The notes beneath the pieces are model-generated. The model was given only the letters and a program-made list of their open reading frames with translations, was not told the origin of the DNA and ran no database searches. Position numbers and translations under genes: made by a program. Shown piece after piece: positions 1 to 9,055 of a stretch of DNA of 19,077 bases. The number at the start of each line of letters is the position of its first letter. Position 1 is the stretch's first letter. This DNA comes from an uncultured Deferribacteres bacterium (lineage in GTDB: Bacteria; Zhuqueibacterota; Zhuqueibacteria; Zhuqueibacterales; Geothermadaptataceae), in NCBI GenBank assembly GCA_964014485.1, contig CAXHAT010000155.1:1-19077 (forward strand). Direction: 5' to 3'.

Positions 1-687
1 AATCGCGACAGTCCGGCCTTCAATCCCGCCACCGTCCAGAAAATGCAACGCCGCTTCCATAGCGCGCGCCACGCCTCGCGCCGTCGGATCCGACGGGTTG
101 CCGCTGCCGCCTTTTTCAGGCGAAATGCACGTCGTAAACCGCGAATTGGCGAAAATATCGTCAACGTCGGCAGGAGCGGTGCCAACGTCTTCCGCAGTGA
201 CGTAGCATCCTTGCAGCGAAGAGATAAACGTACCGTATTCTTGAAAAATCGACTTGCGAAGTTCGGGGTCACGAAAGTCGTGCGCATTGTTTCGTGCGAT
301 CACGCCCTTTCCGCCGCCCCACCAAAGTCCTGCCAGTGCGTTTTTATGCGTCATGCCTTGCGAAAGCCGCAGACCGTCGCGCAAAAAATCTTCCATTGAA
401 TCATAACGCCAAAACCGCGATCCGCCCGCCGCCTGGCCGCGCACAGTTCGATGCACAAAGGCGGACTGGAGAAAATTGTATTTCTCGGTCACTTGCAGAA
501 AAACGCCTTCATGCTTATTGAAGTCGCGCGTGTCGTTGTTCAAAAAGTCAGCGATTGGTTGCAGCGCTTTGTGCGAAGGCTTCGTTGTTTTCGAACTTTC
601 GTCATAGGTCAAACAGCAACGGCGAATGTTTTTTTTGTGCAGGAATTTGACAAATTCTTCAGGTGTGTATTTTAAAAGGTCTTCCAT
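1..687 (-). CDS. Glu/Leu/Phe/Val dehydrogenase family protein (leucine dehydrogenase-like); 3' end runs off the window
   Basis: Not in the ORF track (no stop in window). Manual translation from ATG at 687 (GGAG RBS upstream): MEDLLKYTPEEF...HRTVRGQAAGGSRFWRY...LRLSQGMTHKNALAGLWWGGGKGVI...YVTAEDVGT...GGSGNPSDPTARGV...GRTVAI. These are the GGxR, MTxK, GGGK, AEDVG and GNPS/TAxGV motifs of ELFV dehydrogenases. Confidence 0.9.
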   Translation of the reverse strand, partial: MEDLLKYTPEEFVKFLHKKNIRRCCLTYDESSKTTKPSHKALQPIADFLNNDTRDFNKHEGVFLQVTEKYNFLQSAFVHRTVRGQAAGGSRFWRYDSMEDFLRDGLRLSQGMTHKNALAGLWWGGGKGVIARNNAHDFRDPELRKSIFQEYGTFISSLQGCYVTAEDVGTAPADVDDIFANSRFTTCISPEKGGSGNPSDPTARGVARAMEAALHFLDGGGIEGRTVAI

Positions 688-876
688 TTTCTTCTCCGGT
701 TGAAATCAAAAGATCATATAAAATAGTGGTTACACACTGACTTTGCAAGGTCGTCAGCGCCAAGCTTTTTCTGGAAGCGCAACGCCCGTAATTCGAAGAT
801 TGCGGATCGAAATGTTGATGTGTAAGTTGCTTCAACAGGAATTTAAAATTTAAGAATTTGGCGACGGAGTATAGAA

Positions 877-2421
877 ATGACCTTCATTCCCAGCCTGCTT
901 TTAAAACAACTCTACACTTTTGGCAGTTTGAAAAACATCGACGGCGGCGTGAGTTTTTCGCTGAAAAACCGTTTAAGTGACGCTCAAATCACTAGTTTGC
1001 ACAGCATAAAATTGGGCGATAAATCCATTCATCCCGGACAGGTTATGCTTGACCTGGGCGGGGGCAACCTTTTGTCCCAAAACGCCCTCGCAGAAGGCGA
1101 TCCGATTGATTTTCCGCTCAGACGCACCCTGGATATTATTTCTCAAACTGATCACCTGCCTGAAGGAAAACACAAAATTGAGGTGACGTTTTCAGCAAAA
1201 CCGTTCGGCAAATTGACACTCAAGGTAGAAGGCTCGATTACTAACGAAGAAGAGCGCATCGTCCGCATTCCACGCGATGAAGACGACGATTATTCCGAGC
1301 GCTCAATCAAGGCGCGGCAAAAATTTGTCGAGCAGTTCACCGGCGCAAAATTGCAGCACGTCAAACGGTATTCTTTCGATCCGCACACGGTGATCGGCAA
1401 TTGCGAGAATCTGACCGGCGTTGCGCAAATCCCGATTGGTTTCGCCGGGCCGATCAAAATCGACGGCGAGCAGGCGAACGGCGAATTTCTCATTCCGCTG
1501 GCCACAACGGAGGGCACGCTTGTCGCTTCATATAATCGCGGCATAAAGGTTTTGAATTTGAGCGGCGGCGCCAAATGCACAGTCACGGGTGACGCCATGC
1601 AACGAGCGCCGGTTTTTGTTTTCGAAAATGCACGAGCGGCGCGGGAATTCGTCACTTGGGTGGAAGAGAACATTGAAAAAATTCGCGAAGAAGCCGAGGC
1701 GACCTCAAGTGTGGCAAAACTAAAATACGTTGATCCATACACGGCGAACAAGTTTGTCTATTTGCGATTCAATTTTACCACTGGTGACGCCGCAGGACAA
1801 AACATGGTGGGGCGCGCCACTTTCGCGGCATGCGGGTGGATTCTGGATCAGTACAAAGGCGTGAAGCATTTTTACCTGGAATCGAATTTCGCGACAGACA
1901 AAAAAGCGTCGCAAATCAACGTGATGCGGACGCGCGGCAAACGCGTAACGGCGGAAGCCGTGATCAAGCGCGACGTTTTGATCCAGCACATGCGCGTTGA
2001 GCCGGAGAGCCTGGCGTATCACAATAGCGTGGCCAATATCGGCGCTTTTCTTTCCGGCGCCAACAACAACGGTGCGCATTCCGCAAACGCGATCACGGCG
2101 ATGTTCATCGCGACCGGCCAGGACGTAGCCAATGTCTCGGAATCTTCGGCGGGCGTGCTTTATTCCGAGCTGACGCCGGAAAAAGATTTATACATTTCGC
2201 TCACGATTCCGTCGCTCATCGTTGCAACTTACGGCGGCGGCGTCGGACTCGCGACACAGCGAGAATGCCTGGAATTGCTTGGCTGCTTTGGACGCGGCAA
2301 AGTAAACAAGCTTGCGGAAATTGTGGCAGGCGTGGCATTAGCGGGAGAAATTTCGCTTGGCTCGGCAATTTCATCATCGGATTGGGTTTCAAGCCATGAG
2401 GCTTATGGACGGAATCGATAA
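877..2421 (+). CDS. Hydroxymethylglutaryl-CoA reductase (class I-like) with ~125-aa N-terminal extra domain
   Basis: Motifs CENLTG, PLATTEGTLVASYNRG, TTGDAAGQNMV, TDKK, ATGQDVA, GGGVGL and a C-terminal catalytic His (SSHEAYGR). GGAG RBS at 866-869. Confidence 0.92.
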   Translation: MTFIPSLLLKQLYTFGSLKNIDGGVSFSLKNRLSDAQITSLHSIKLGDKSIHPGQVMLDLGGGNLLSQNALAEGDPIDFPLRRTLDIISQTDHLPEGKHKIEVTFSAKPFGKLTLKVEGSITNEEERIVRIPRDEDDDYSERSIKARQKFVEQFTGAKLQHVKRYSFDPHTVIGNCENLTGVAQIPIGFAGPIKIDGEQANGEFLIPLATTEGTLVASYNRGIKVLNLSGGAKCTVTGDAMQRAPVFVFENARAAREFVTWVEENIEKIREEAEATSSVAKLKYVDPYTANKFVYLRFNFTTGDAAGQNMVGRATFAACGWILDQYKGVKHFYLESNFATDKKASQINVMRTRGKRVTAEAVIKRDVLIQHMRVEPESLAYHNSVANIGAFLSGANNNGAHSANAITAMFIATGQDVANVSESSAGVLYSELTPEKDLYISLTIPSLIVATYGGGVGLATQRECLELLGCFGRGKVNKLAEIVAGVALAGEISLGSAISSSDWVSSHEAYGRNR

Positions 2422-2490
2422 ACGTAACCCAAGCACCGACGAGTTTCTTCATCAAATGTCAAGCGAAACGCTTTTTCAGAAACGCTTATC

Positions 2491-3297
2491 GTGAACAACA
2501 CGCAAATATATCTCAAGTCCCTTTCTCTAAAACCCGACATTGAAATAGAAAATTTCTTTCCGTTCAATCTGCCGTTCATTCGGAATCTGCCTGAGATTAC
2601 ATTCTCGTCGCCAGTCGCTATCTTTGTCGGCGAAAATGGCTCAGGAAAATCGACTCTGCTGGAAGCGATTGCGGCAGGAATGGGCACGCCGGCCGTGGGC
2701 AGTGATCAGCTTGAACGTGATAAAACGCTCGCTCACGCGCGCCATTTGGCCAAGCGTCTAAAGTTCGCGACCAGCGTTCGTCCGCTCACTTCACTTTTTC
2801 TCCGCGCCGAAGATTTTTTTGGGTTTACTAAAAAGTTGACGCAAGAAATGGCGGAATTCGATGAGATGGCCGATGAATTTGAGCGCGACCTTTCCGGCTA
2901 CGGCAAACAGTTGGCCGTCGGCGCCGTTGAAGGCCAGAAATCAGCCTTGGCCAGAAAGTACGGCGCCAACCCTGACGCGCGGTCGCACGGGGAGAATTTT
3001 CTCAATCTGTTTCAGCAGCGCATCGTCCCCAACGGCCTGTACTTGCTCGATGAGCCGGAAGCGCCGCTCTCCCCCATCCGCCAATTGGCGTTGCTCTCGA
3101 TCGTCAAAAATATGGTTGCGCAAAAATCGCAATTTATCATCGCCACGCACTCCCCCATTTTGATGGCCTTTCCGGACGCGCAAATTTTCAGCTTCGACGA
3201 CGTCCCGCTCCGCCGAGTCGAGTATGAGTCGCTCGAGCACGTCACGCTCACCCGCTCCTTTCTCAACGATCCACAGGCGTTTTTGCGCCGGTTGTAG
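2491..3297 (+). CDS. Predicted ABC/AAA ATPase (COG3910-like, AAA_21)
   Basis: Walker A GENGSGKSTLLEAIA, signature SHGE, Walker B/D-loop LYLLDEPEAPLSP, H-loop IIATHSPIL. GTG start. Confidence 0.88.
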   Translation: MNNTQIYLKSLSLKPDIEIENFFPFNLPFIRNLPEITFSSPVAIFVGENGSGKSTLLEAIAAGMGTPAVGSDQLERDKTLAHARHLAKRLKFATSVRPLTSLFLRAEDFFGFTKKLTQEMAEFDEMADEFERDLSGYGKQLAVGAVEGQKSALARKYGANPDARSHGENFLNLFQQRIVPNGLYLLDEPEAPLSPIRQLALLSIVKNMVAQKSQFIIATHSPILMAFPDAQIFSFDDVPLRRVEYESLEHVTLTRSFLNDPQAFLRRL

Positions 3298-3338
3298 ATT
3301 CTTTCAGCTAATTTCTTCGTGGATTGAAAATGGCGTGA

Positions 3339-3479
3339 GAGCGTATTTGGAAAGTCCAAAATTGTCATGCTGTAAGCATCTTTTTTAGACTTTTCCGCAA
3401 CAACTGTCGGAACGTTCATACCTGGCGGCCCAAAAAGATTCCTACGGAATGACAAGACAAGGGCTTTCCAAACACGCTC
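3339..3479. mobile_element. 141-bp non-autonomous MITE with 19-bp terminal inverted repeats and TGA target duplication
   Basis: Left end GAGCGTATTTGGAAAGTCC (3339-3357). Right end GGGCTTTCCAAACACGCTC (3461-3479). They match 17/19 as inverted repeats. TGA lies directly on both sides (3336-3338, 3480-3482). Confidence 0.75.
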
Positions 3480-3616
3480 TGAGACATTTATAGACTATAG
3501 TTTTGGATGCATCGCAGTCAATTTAGAAATGGGCGCCAGTGCTTTGTAATATCTAAACTGATGTTACGCACGCATCGTCTGGCATGTGCGATCAAAGCCT
3601 GCGGGCAACTTTCGAT

Positions 3617-3750
3617 TCTCATTAGCTCCGCTCTTCAGAGCGGAGTTTTTTGAAGACGACAATCTCCTCTCTTCCGCCGCGCTGGCGCGGCGGAAGAGAG
3701 AAAAATGGGCGTTTTGTGCGTCACCGGACTGAAGTCCGGTGCTAATGAGA
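3617..3750. repeat. REP-doublet (REPIN-like) palindromic element with central 16-bp hairpin
   Basis: TCTCATTAGC...GCTAATGAGA termini. Hairpins CTCCGCTC-TTCA-GAGCGGAG (3626-3645) and CACCGGAC-TGAA-GTCCGGTG (3722-3741). Perfect 16-bp inverted repeat at 3667-3700. Confidence 0.75.
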
Positions 3751-3883
3751 CGAGATTTGCTTTAAGACTCAGGATATGCGTTGCCGCGCGTAACATCAGA
3801 TCTCAATTTACAAGTAAACTATCGGTCATTCCCGTCCCACGGTACTCATGCCTGTCTCGAATCTACAAGAAAACCGTCAGCCG

Positions 3884-4666
3884 TCAAAGCCTGCGTAAAT
3901 GAAACCCGCCGTCCACGTTAAACACTTCTCCGGTTGAAAACGGGAAGGCGCCTTCCGCAATCGCGAGGACTGCGCTCGAGACGTCTTCCGACTTCCCCCA
4001 GCGCTGAATCGGCGTTAGGCCGGAACCGATCAAAGCGTCATACTTTTCTTTCACACCGGCGGTCATGTCCGTCTCAATAATCCCAGGGCGTATTTCATAA
4101 ACAAGCACGTCGTGCGCCGCCAAGCGATCCGCGAACAATTTGGTCATCATGGCAACGCCCGCTTTGGAAAGGCAGTAAGCCGCGCGATTCGGGCTGCTGG
4201 CATAGGCACTGACCGAGCCTATGTTGATGATTTTTGGCGCAAAATCGGCTTCACCTGAATCCTGCGAGATCATCTGTTTCGCCACGACCTGCGTCAGGAA
4301 AAACGGCCCTTTCAGGTTCACGTCCAACACTTCTTCATAATCCGCTTCTTTCAAATCCAAAAGATCATCCCTCGTGCGCGGCGCCATTCCGGCGTTGTTC
4401 ACCAGCAGATCAATCCGCCCAAAAGCGGCGAGCGTTTCCGTCAACAGTTTCTCGCGGTCTTTTGCTTGGCTCACGTCCGCTTGCACAAGACTGCATTTTC
4501 CGCCCGCATTCTCAATCCTGTTTTTCACCTCATCCGCCGCCGCATGATTGCCGCGAAAGTTCACCACGACCGCCCACGCTTTTTGCGCCAGAGTTAAGGC
4601 AATGCTTCGCCCTATCCCCCGCCCCGCACCAGTCACGAGCGCGACTTTGTTTGAATTTTTATCCAT
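3884..4666 (-). CDS. Short-chain dehydrogenase/reductase (3-ketoacyl-ACP reductase-like)
   Basis: TGAGRGIG, NNAG, catalytic S...YCLSK, PGIIETDM, VDGG. ATG at 4666 preferred over TTG at 4678. Confidence 0.9.
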   Translation of the reverse strand: MDKNSNKVALVTGAGRGIGRSIALTLAQKAWAVVVNFRGNHAAADEVKNRIENAGGKCSLVQADVSQAKDREKLLTETLAAFGRIDLLVNNAGMAPRTRDDLLDLKEADYEEVLDVNLKGPFFLTQVVAKQMISQDSGEADFAPKIINIGSVSAYASSPNRAAYCLSKAGVAMMTKLFADRLAAHDVLVYEIRPGIIETDMTAGVKEKYDALIGSGLTPIQRWGKSEDVSSAVLAIAEGAFPFSTGEVFNVDGGFHLRRL

Positions 4667-4758
4667 AACTTTGGTCAATTACATCTCGATTGCCGCAAAA
4701 TTTCGTGCTAAAATAACGCGGCGTTAGAAAAGTTCAAACTGGAAAAATCTCAACTCGC

Positions 4759-5727
4759 ATGAGCCAAAAAATTAGAGCACTCCAGGATCAAATCGAAGCG
4801 GCGCACCAAAGGATTCGCGAGCATATTCGTGAAACGCCGCTGGAGTTCAGCCAATATCTCAGCGCGCAATTCGATGCCAACGTTTATCTCAAGCTCGAAA
4901 ATGTGCAGCACACCGGCTCGTTCAAATTCCGCGGCGCTTTGAACAAAGTGCTCTCGTTGAGCGAAGATGAGCTTAAAAACGGCGTTGTCACGGCGTCGTC
5001 GGGCAATCACGGCATGGCCGTCGCATTGGCGGCGAAAATGGCGAACGTGCAGGCAAAAGTGTTTGTCGCCAATATCGCTTCAAAGGCGAAAGTTGAGCGT
5101 GTGCGTCAGCTCGGCGCTGAAATTCAAACGGTCGGCGAAAACGGACTGGAAGCCGAACTCGCGGCGCGAGATTACAGCGGCAAAACCGGCGTGCCATTCA
5201 TTTCACCATACAATGATCCGGACGTTGTGGCAGGGCAAGGAACCATCGGCGTAGAGCTGGCAAAGCAGCTCGGCCAGATCGACGGATTGTTTATTTCCAT
5301 TGGCGGCGGCGGGCTGATTTCCGGCATTGCGGGGTATTTGAAATCCGTCATTCCGCAAGTTCGCGTCATCGGTTGCCAGCCTGAAAACTCACGCGTGATG
5401 TACGAATCAGTCAAAGCGGGACGGATTCTCGAATTTCCCGAGCAAGACACGCTTTCCGACGGCACGGCGGGCGGCATCGAGCAAAACGCCGTCACTTTTC
5501 CGCTGTGCGAAGAGCTGATCGATGAATTCGCGCTGGTTTCCGAACAGGAAATCGCCTCGGCCATGCGCGTCGTCGCCGCTCATGACAATTGGATTATTGA
5601 AGGCGCCGCCGGAGTGGCCGTGGCGGCATTGTTGAAAAACAATGTGAAATGGCGGGGGAAAAACATCGTCGTTCTGATTTGCGGCAAGAACATCTCATTC
5701 GAAACATTACAACGCGTAATCGCCTGA
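4759..5727 (+). CDS. PLP-dependent threonine/serine dehydratase family protein (no regulatory ACT domain)
   Basis: LKLENVQHTGSFKFRGA (PLP lysine), ASSGNHG, AGQGTIG, IGGGGLISG, EGAAG. Confidence 0.9.
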   Translation: MSQKIRALQDQIEAAHQRIREHIRETPLEFSQYLSAQFDANVYLKLENVQHTGSFKFRGALNKVLSLSEDELKNGVVTASSGNHGMAVALAAKMANVQAKVFVANIASKAKVERVRQLGAEIQTVGENGLEAELAARDYSGKTGVPFISPYNDPDVVAGQGTIGVELAKQLGQIDGLFISIGGGGLISGIAGYLKSVIPQVRVIGCQPENSRVMYESVKAGRILEFPEQDTLSDGTAGGIEQNAVTFPLCEELIDEFALVSEQEIASAMRVVAAHDNWIIEGAAGVAVAALLKNNVKWRGKNIVVLICGKNISFETLQRVIA

Positions 5728-5742
5728 CAGGGAAAAGCCGGA

Positions 5743-6138
5743 ATGCATACAAAAACATTGATGATCTTAAGCGCGCTATTTATGGCAATCCTTGGCGTTG
5801 CGGCGTCCTTTTTTCCTCAAGAAATACTGGCCTATTCCGGCTCTCAGCCAGGAAGGTTATCGGCTTTGCTCATTCAAATCAGCGGCGCAGTCTATCTAGG
5901 ATTCGCCAGTGTCAATTGGACGGCGCGCGCCAACATTATCGGCGGAATTTACAACCGCCCGGTTGCTCTCGGCAACTTCCTTCATTTCACCATCGCTACG
6001 GTTGCGCTTTTGAAAGGGTTAATTTCCGGCTTAAACGCGACTGAAGTGGTCTCGGGAACCATTGTTTACTCGGTCTTTTCCGTCTGGTTTGGCTTGGTCC
6101 TTTTTACCCACCCGAGCCAGGTTGGAGAGAGCAAATGA
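5743..6138 (+). CDS. Hypothetical integral membrane protein (about 4 TM segments)
   Basis: 131-aa ORF co-directional with its neighbours, with four hydrophobic segments. Confidence 0.75.
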   Translation: MHTKTLMILSALFMAILGVAASFFPQEILAYSGSQPGRLSALLIQISGAVYLGFASVNWTARANIIGGIYNRPVALGNFLHFTIATVALLKGLISGLNATEVVSGTIVYSVFSVWFGLVLFTHPSQVGESK

Positions 6139-6168
6139 CAGGCAGCAAACTATACCCCGGCTTTGTTT

Positions 6169-6654
6169 ATGAAAAAAATCACGCCCTACGTCAAACGGCA
6201 GGTCGAGTTTATCCGGCGTGTTGAATCCGGAGACTGGCGCCTAAAAATCTACGGAATTTCAGCATCTTCGAAATCTGTTTCCCATGATATCGTTGACAAA
6301 GCTGTAGCTCGAGTTCTTCCCAATTTGCCTGAACCGGCGCATACCGCAAATCGTTACGGCGCCGGATTTTTGATTATCCATCAAGGAACGTTGCGAAATT
6401 GGTTTCTACTGGATTGGTGGGAATTCGAAGACATCCTTTGCCACAAATTGTTCTCATCACCATTGGATGACCCGGATGCAATAACGCCTGAACGAGAAAG
6501 CTCCGCTTTTGCCTGCGTGCATGAACTCAGGGTTATTAATTTCGAAAGTCAGGCCTGGATCAAAACTGTACTCGGCGATAATCCCAAATCGGGCGTTGAA
6601 GCATATCTTGAGCTAAGATTCGATAATGACGGGCAGGGGCGGCTTGAAAACTGA
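6169..6654 (+). CDS. Hypothetical protein
   Basis: Globular-looking ORF filling the gap in a + strand run (WRLKIYGI...GAGFLIIHQG...LLDWW...ACVHEL). ATG at 6169 preferred over TTG at 6163. Confidence 0.7.
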   Translation: MKKITPYVKRQVEFIRRVESGDWRLKIYGISASSKSVSHDIVDKAVARVLPNLPEPAHTANRYGAGFLIIHQGTLRNWFLLDWWEFEDILCHKLFSSPLDDPDAITPERESSAFACVHELRVINFESQAWIKTVLGDNPKSGVEAYLELRFDNDGQGRLEN

Positions 6655-6722
6655 ACGACTAACGACCGTGCTTTCTTTCGCCTGGCCCAAATTAACCACT
6701 ATTTTAAAGGGCAAAAAGAGTT

Positions 6723-7313
6723 ATGGCTCTTTTCGCATCTGATCGCGAACGTCGTCTCTGGCTTTGGACGCTCATCATAATCGCAACGATCTACGCCACC
6801 CTTGGGCTGGCTTCTGTACTGGCTGATTTTCTCTATCACCAGGGGCTGGTTACGCTGGCTTTTCTTGCGGGCATGCTTTTCGTTGGTCTGACAGTTTTGA
6901 CGCAAGGACTGAAAGTGCGACCGCACGGCGTTGAGATCGCCGTTTTTCTGGGCTTGGCTACCATCTATTTTATGGTTTTTCTGCGCCTGGCAATTCCCGA
7001 ACGCAGCCATCTCATTGAATACGGCGTCGTGGCCGTTTTTATTTACGAAGCGTTGTCGGAAAGAGCGAGTCAGGGTCGCCGCATCCCAACGCCTGGATTG
7101 CTGGCCATCGCCGGTACGACACTGGTTGGAGCGGTGGATGAATGCATCCAAATTTTTCTACCGAGCAGAGTATTTGATGTCGATGATATGTTATTCAACT
7201 TTTTGGCGGCCGTTATGGCAATCTCGGCAAGCGGAACCATTGGCTTCGTGCGACGGAAAGTGGCAAAAAGCTGGACGAACGCGCCCAAAAACCACCAACA
7301 AGATTCTCAATAA
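6723..7313 (+). CDS. VanZ-like family membrane protein
   Basis: Multiple TM helices with ERSHLIEYG and DECIQIFLPSRVFDVDDMLFN, matching the H..EY / DE..Q...P.R...D...N VanZ pattern. Confidence 0.8.
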   Translation: MALFASDRERRLWLWTLIIIATIYATLGLASVLADFLYHQGLVTLAFLAGMLFVGLTVLTQGLKVRPHGVEIAVFLGLATIYFMVFLRLAIPERSHLIEYGVVAVFIYEALSERASQGRRIPTPGLLAIAGTTLVGAVDECIQIFLPSRVFDVDDMLFNFLAAVMAISASGTIGFVRRKVAKSWTNAPKNHQQDSQ

Positions 7314-7367
7314 CAATCACTAGACCGCAACTTTATTTTCTGAACCTTTAAATCAAAATGGTCCGCA

Positions 7368-8987
7368 ATGCTAACTGAAAAATTCTTTCAAAATAAGCGC
7401 CGTCGTCATGTTTTCTCAAATTGGCTTGTCGTTCTAACTTGTTTCTTCACGATTCAAATCAATCTTGCGGTTTCACAGGATTCTCAAACCGCAAAAGGCT
7501 TCGTTTTTGACGACGCCAATCGCAACTTGAGGCTTGACCCCGGCGAAAAAGGCGTGGCCGGCGTTTTGGTCTCGAACCAAATCGACGTTGTACGTTCGGA
7601 TGCGGAAGGCGCGTATGAAATCCCGGTCTCTGACGAAACGATTATTTTCATCACCAAACCGTCAGGCTATGCCGTCCCCTTAAACAGGGACAACCTGCCG
7701 CAATTTTATTATGTCCACCAACCAAACGGCTCGCCCGAGCTTAAGTTCGGCGGAATCGCGCCTACCGGGGAGTTGCCTGAAACGATTAACTTTCCACTCA
7801 TTAAATCAGAAGAACCGGCGGAGTTCGACGTGCTCGTTTTCGCGGACACACAGCCCAAAACGCAGGCGGAAGTCGATTTTGTTCGGGATGATGTGGTGGC
7901 GCAACTGGTGGACGTTGATGCGGCTTTTGGCGTAACCCTCGGCGACATAATGTATGATGAGCTGAATCTTTGGGAGCGACAAAATCAAATTATCGGCAAG
8001 CTCAACCTGCCGTTTTACAATGTCCCCGGCAATCACGACATGAATTTCGACGCTCAGGACGATCAATATGCACTCGAGACTTTCAAGCGTCACTTCGGGC
8101 CGCCATATTTTTCTTTTGATTATGGCCAGGTGCATTTCATCGCTCTCGACGACGTGGATTATCAAGGGCGAAATGCAGAAACAGGCAGGCCGACGTACGA
8201 AGGCAAAATCGGGGAAAAACAATTGCGGTGGTTGGCGAATGATTTGCGTCATGTGTCCGAGGATCGCCTGATCGTTTTTATGATGCACATTCCGCTCTAT
8301 CATCCGCATTCTGACGCCCCGGCCATCAATGTTACGGATCGCGAAGAGCTTTTTGAACTCATCAAGAATCGGAAACATCTGCTGGCGATAGCAGGGCATC
8401 TGCACCAGGTGCAACACAACGAACTCGGCGAAAAAGCGGGCTGGCAGGGCGAAAAACCGCTGGACTTGATTTCGTGCGCGGCGGTATCCGGTTCCTGGTG
8501 GAGCGGCCCCCCGGACGAACGCGGCGTCCCGATTGCCATCCAAACGGACGGCGCACCTAACGGCTATCATATTTTTAGTTTCAAGGGAAATCAGTGGCAA
8601 GAGAAATTCTACCCGGCGGGAAAAGATCGCGATGAGCAAATGCGCATCATCACGCCTTCTGGAACAATAACGCAGGCGGCGCTTGATACGATGCAAATCG
8701 TCGTCAACGTTTTTGACGGCGGCGCCCGCTCAAAAGTCGCTTATCAATTGAACGGCTCGCCTCCCATCGCCATGAATCGAACAACCATGCAAGATCCTCA
8801 TTTCGTGCGATTGAGAAAGCAGTTCGACGCTTCATTTAAATCCTTCGTCCGCCCCGTCGAATCAACGCACATCTGGACGGCCCCCATGCCGCGCAAGCTC
8901 TCCCCCGGCATGCACGTCGTGACCGTAGAGACAACGGATCGTTTTGGCAACACCTACATCGCCAGCTCGATTTTTGAGGTCAAATAA
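7368..8987 (+). CDS. Secreted calcineurin-like metallophosphoesterase with N- and C-terminal accessory domains (MetallophosN/MetallophosC-type)
   Basis: Signal-like N-terminus. Motifs ADTQ, LGDI, PGNHD, MHIP, GHLH, SGSWWSG, DGAPNGY. N-terminal GFVFDDANRN..LDPGEKGVAGV. Confidence 0.9.
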   Translation: MLTEKFFQNKRRRHVFSNWLVVLTCFFTIQINLAVSQDSQTAKGFVFDDANRNLRLDPGEKGVAGVLVSNQIDVVRSDAEGAYEIPVSDETIIFITKPSGYAVPLNRDNLPQFYYVHQPNGSPELKFGGIAPTGELPETINFPLIKSEEPAEFDVLVFADTQPKTQAEVDFVRDDVVAQLVDVDAAFGVTLGDIMYDELNLWERQNQIIGKLNLPFYNVPGNHDMNFDAQDDQYALETFKRHFGPPYFSFDYGQVHFIALDDVDYQGRNAETGRPTYEGKIGEKQLRWLANDLRHVSEDRLIVFMMHIPLYHPHSDAPAINVTDREELFELIKNRKHLLAIAGHLHQVQHNELGEKAGWQGEKPLDLISCAAVSGSWWSGPPDERGVPIAIQTDGAPNGYHIFSFKGNQWQEKFYPAGKDRDEQMRIITPSGTITQAALDTMQIVVNVFDGGARSKVAYQLNGSPPIAMNRTTMQDPHFVRLRKQFDASFKSFVRPVESTHIWTAPMPRKLSPGMHVVTVETTDRFGNTYIASSIFEVK

Positions 8988-8999
8988 GAAAAGAACAAT

Positions 9000-9033
9000 C
9001 AATCCGGCAAGCATAATTCAGCTTGCCGGATTG
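9000..9033. terminator. Stem-loop between convergent genes; likely intrinsic terminator, with the U-rich tail on the minus strand
   Basis: CAATCCGGCAAGC-ATAATTCA-GCTTGCCGGATTG, a perfect 13-bp stem, with an A-rich tract on its left. Confidence 0.7.
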
Positions 9034-9055
9034 CACATCATTCATCCCTTCTCTT

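Noticed and set aside
3825..3870. GTCATTCCCG... possible third REP unit
   Set aside because: Only the leading motif is present, with no convincing hairpin or partner.
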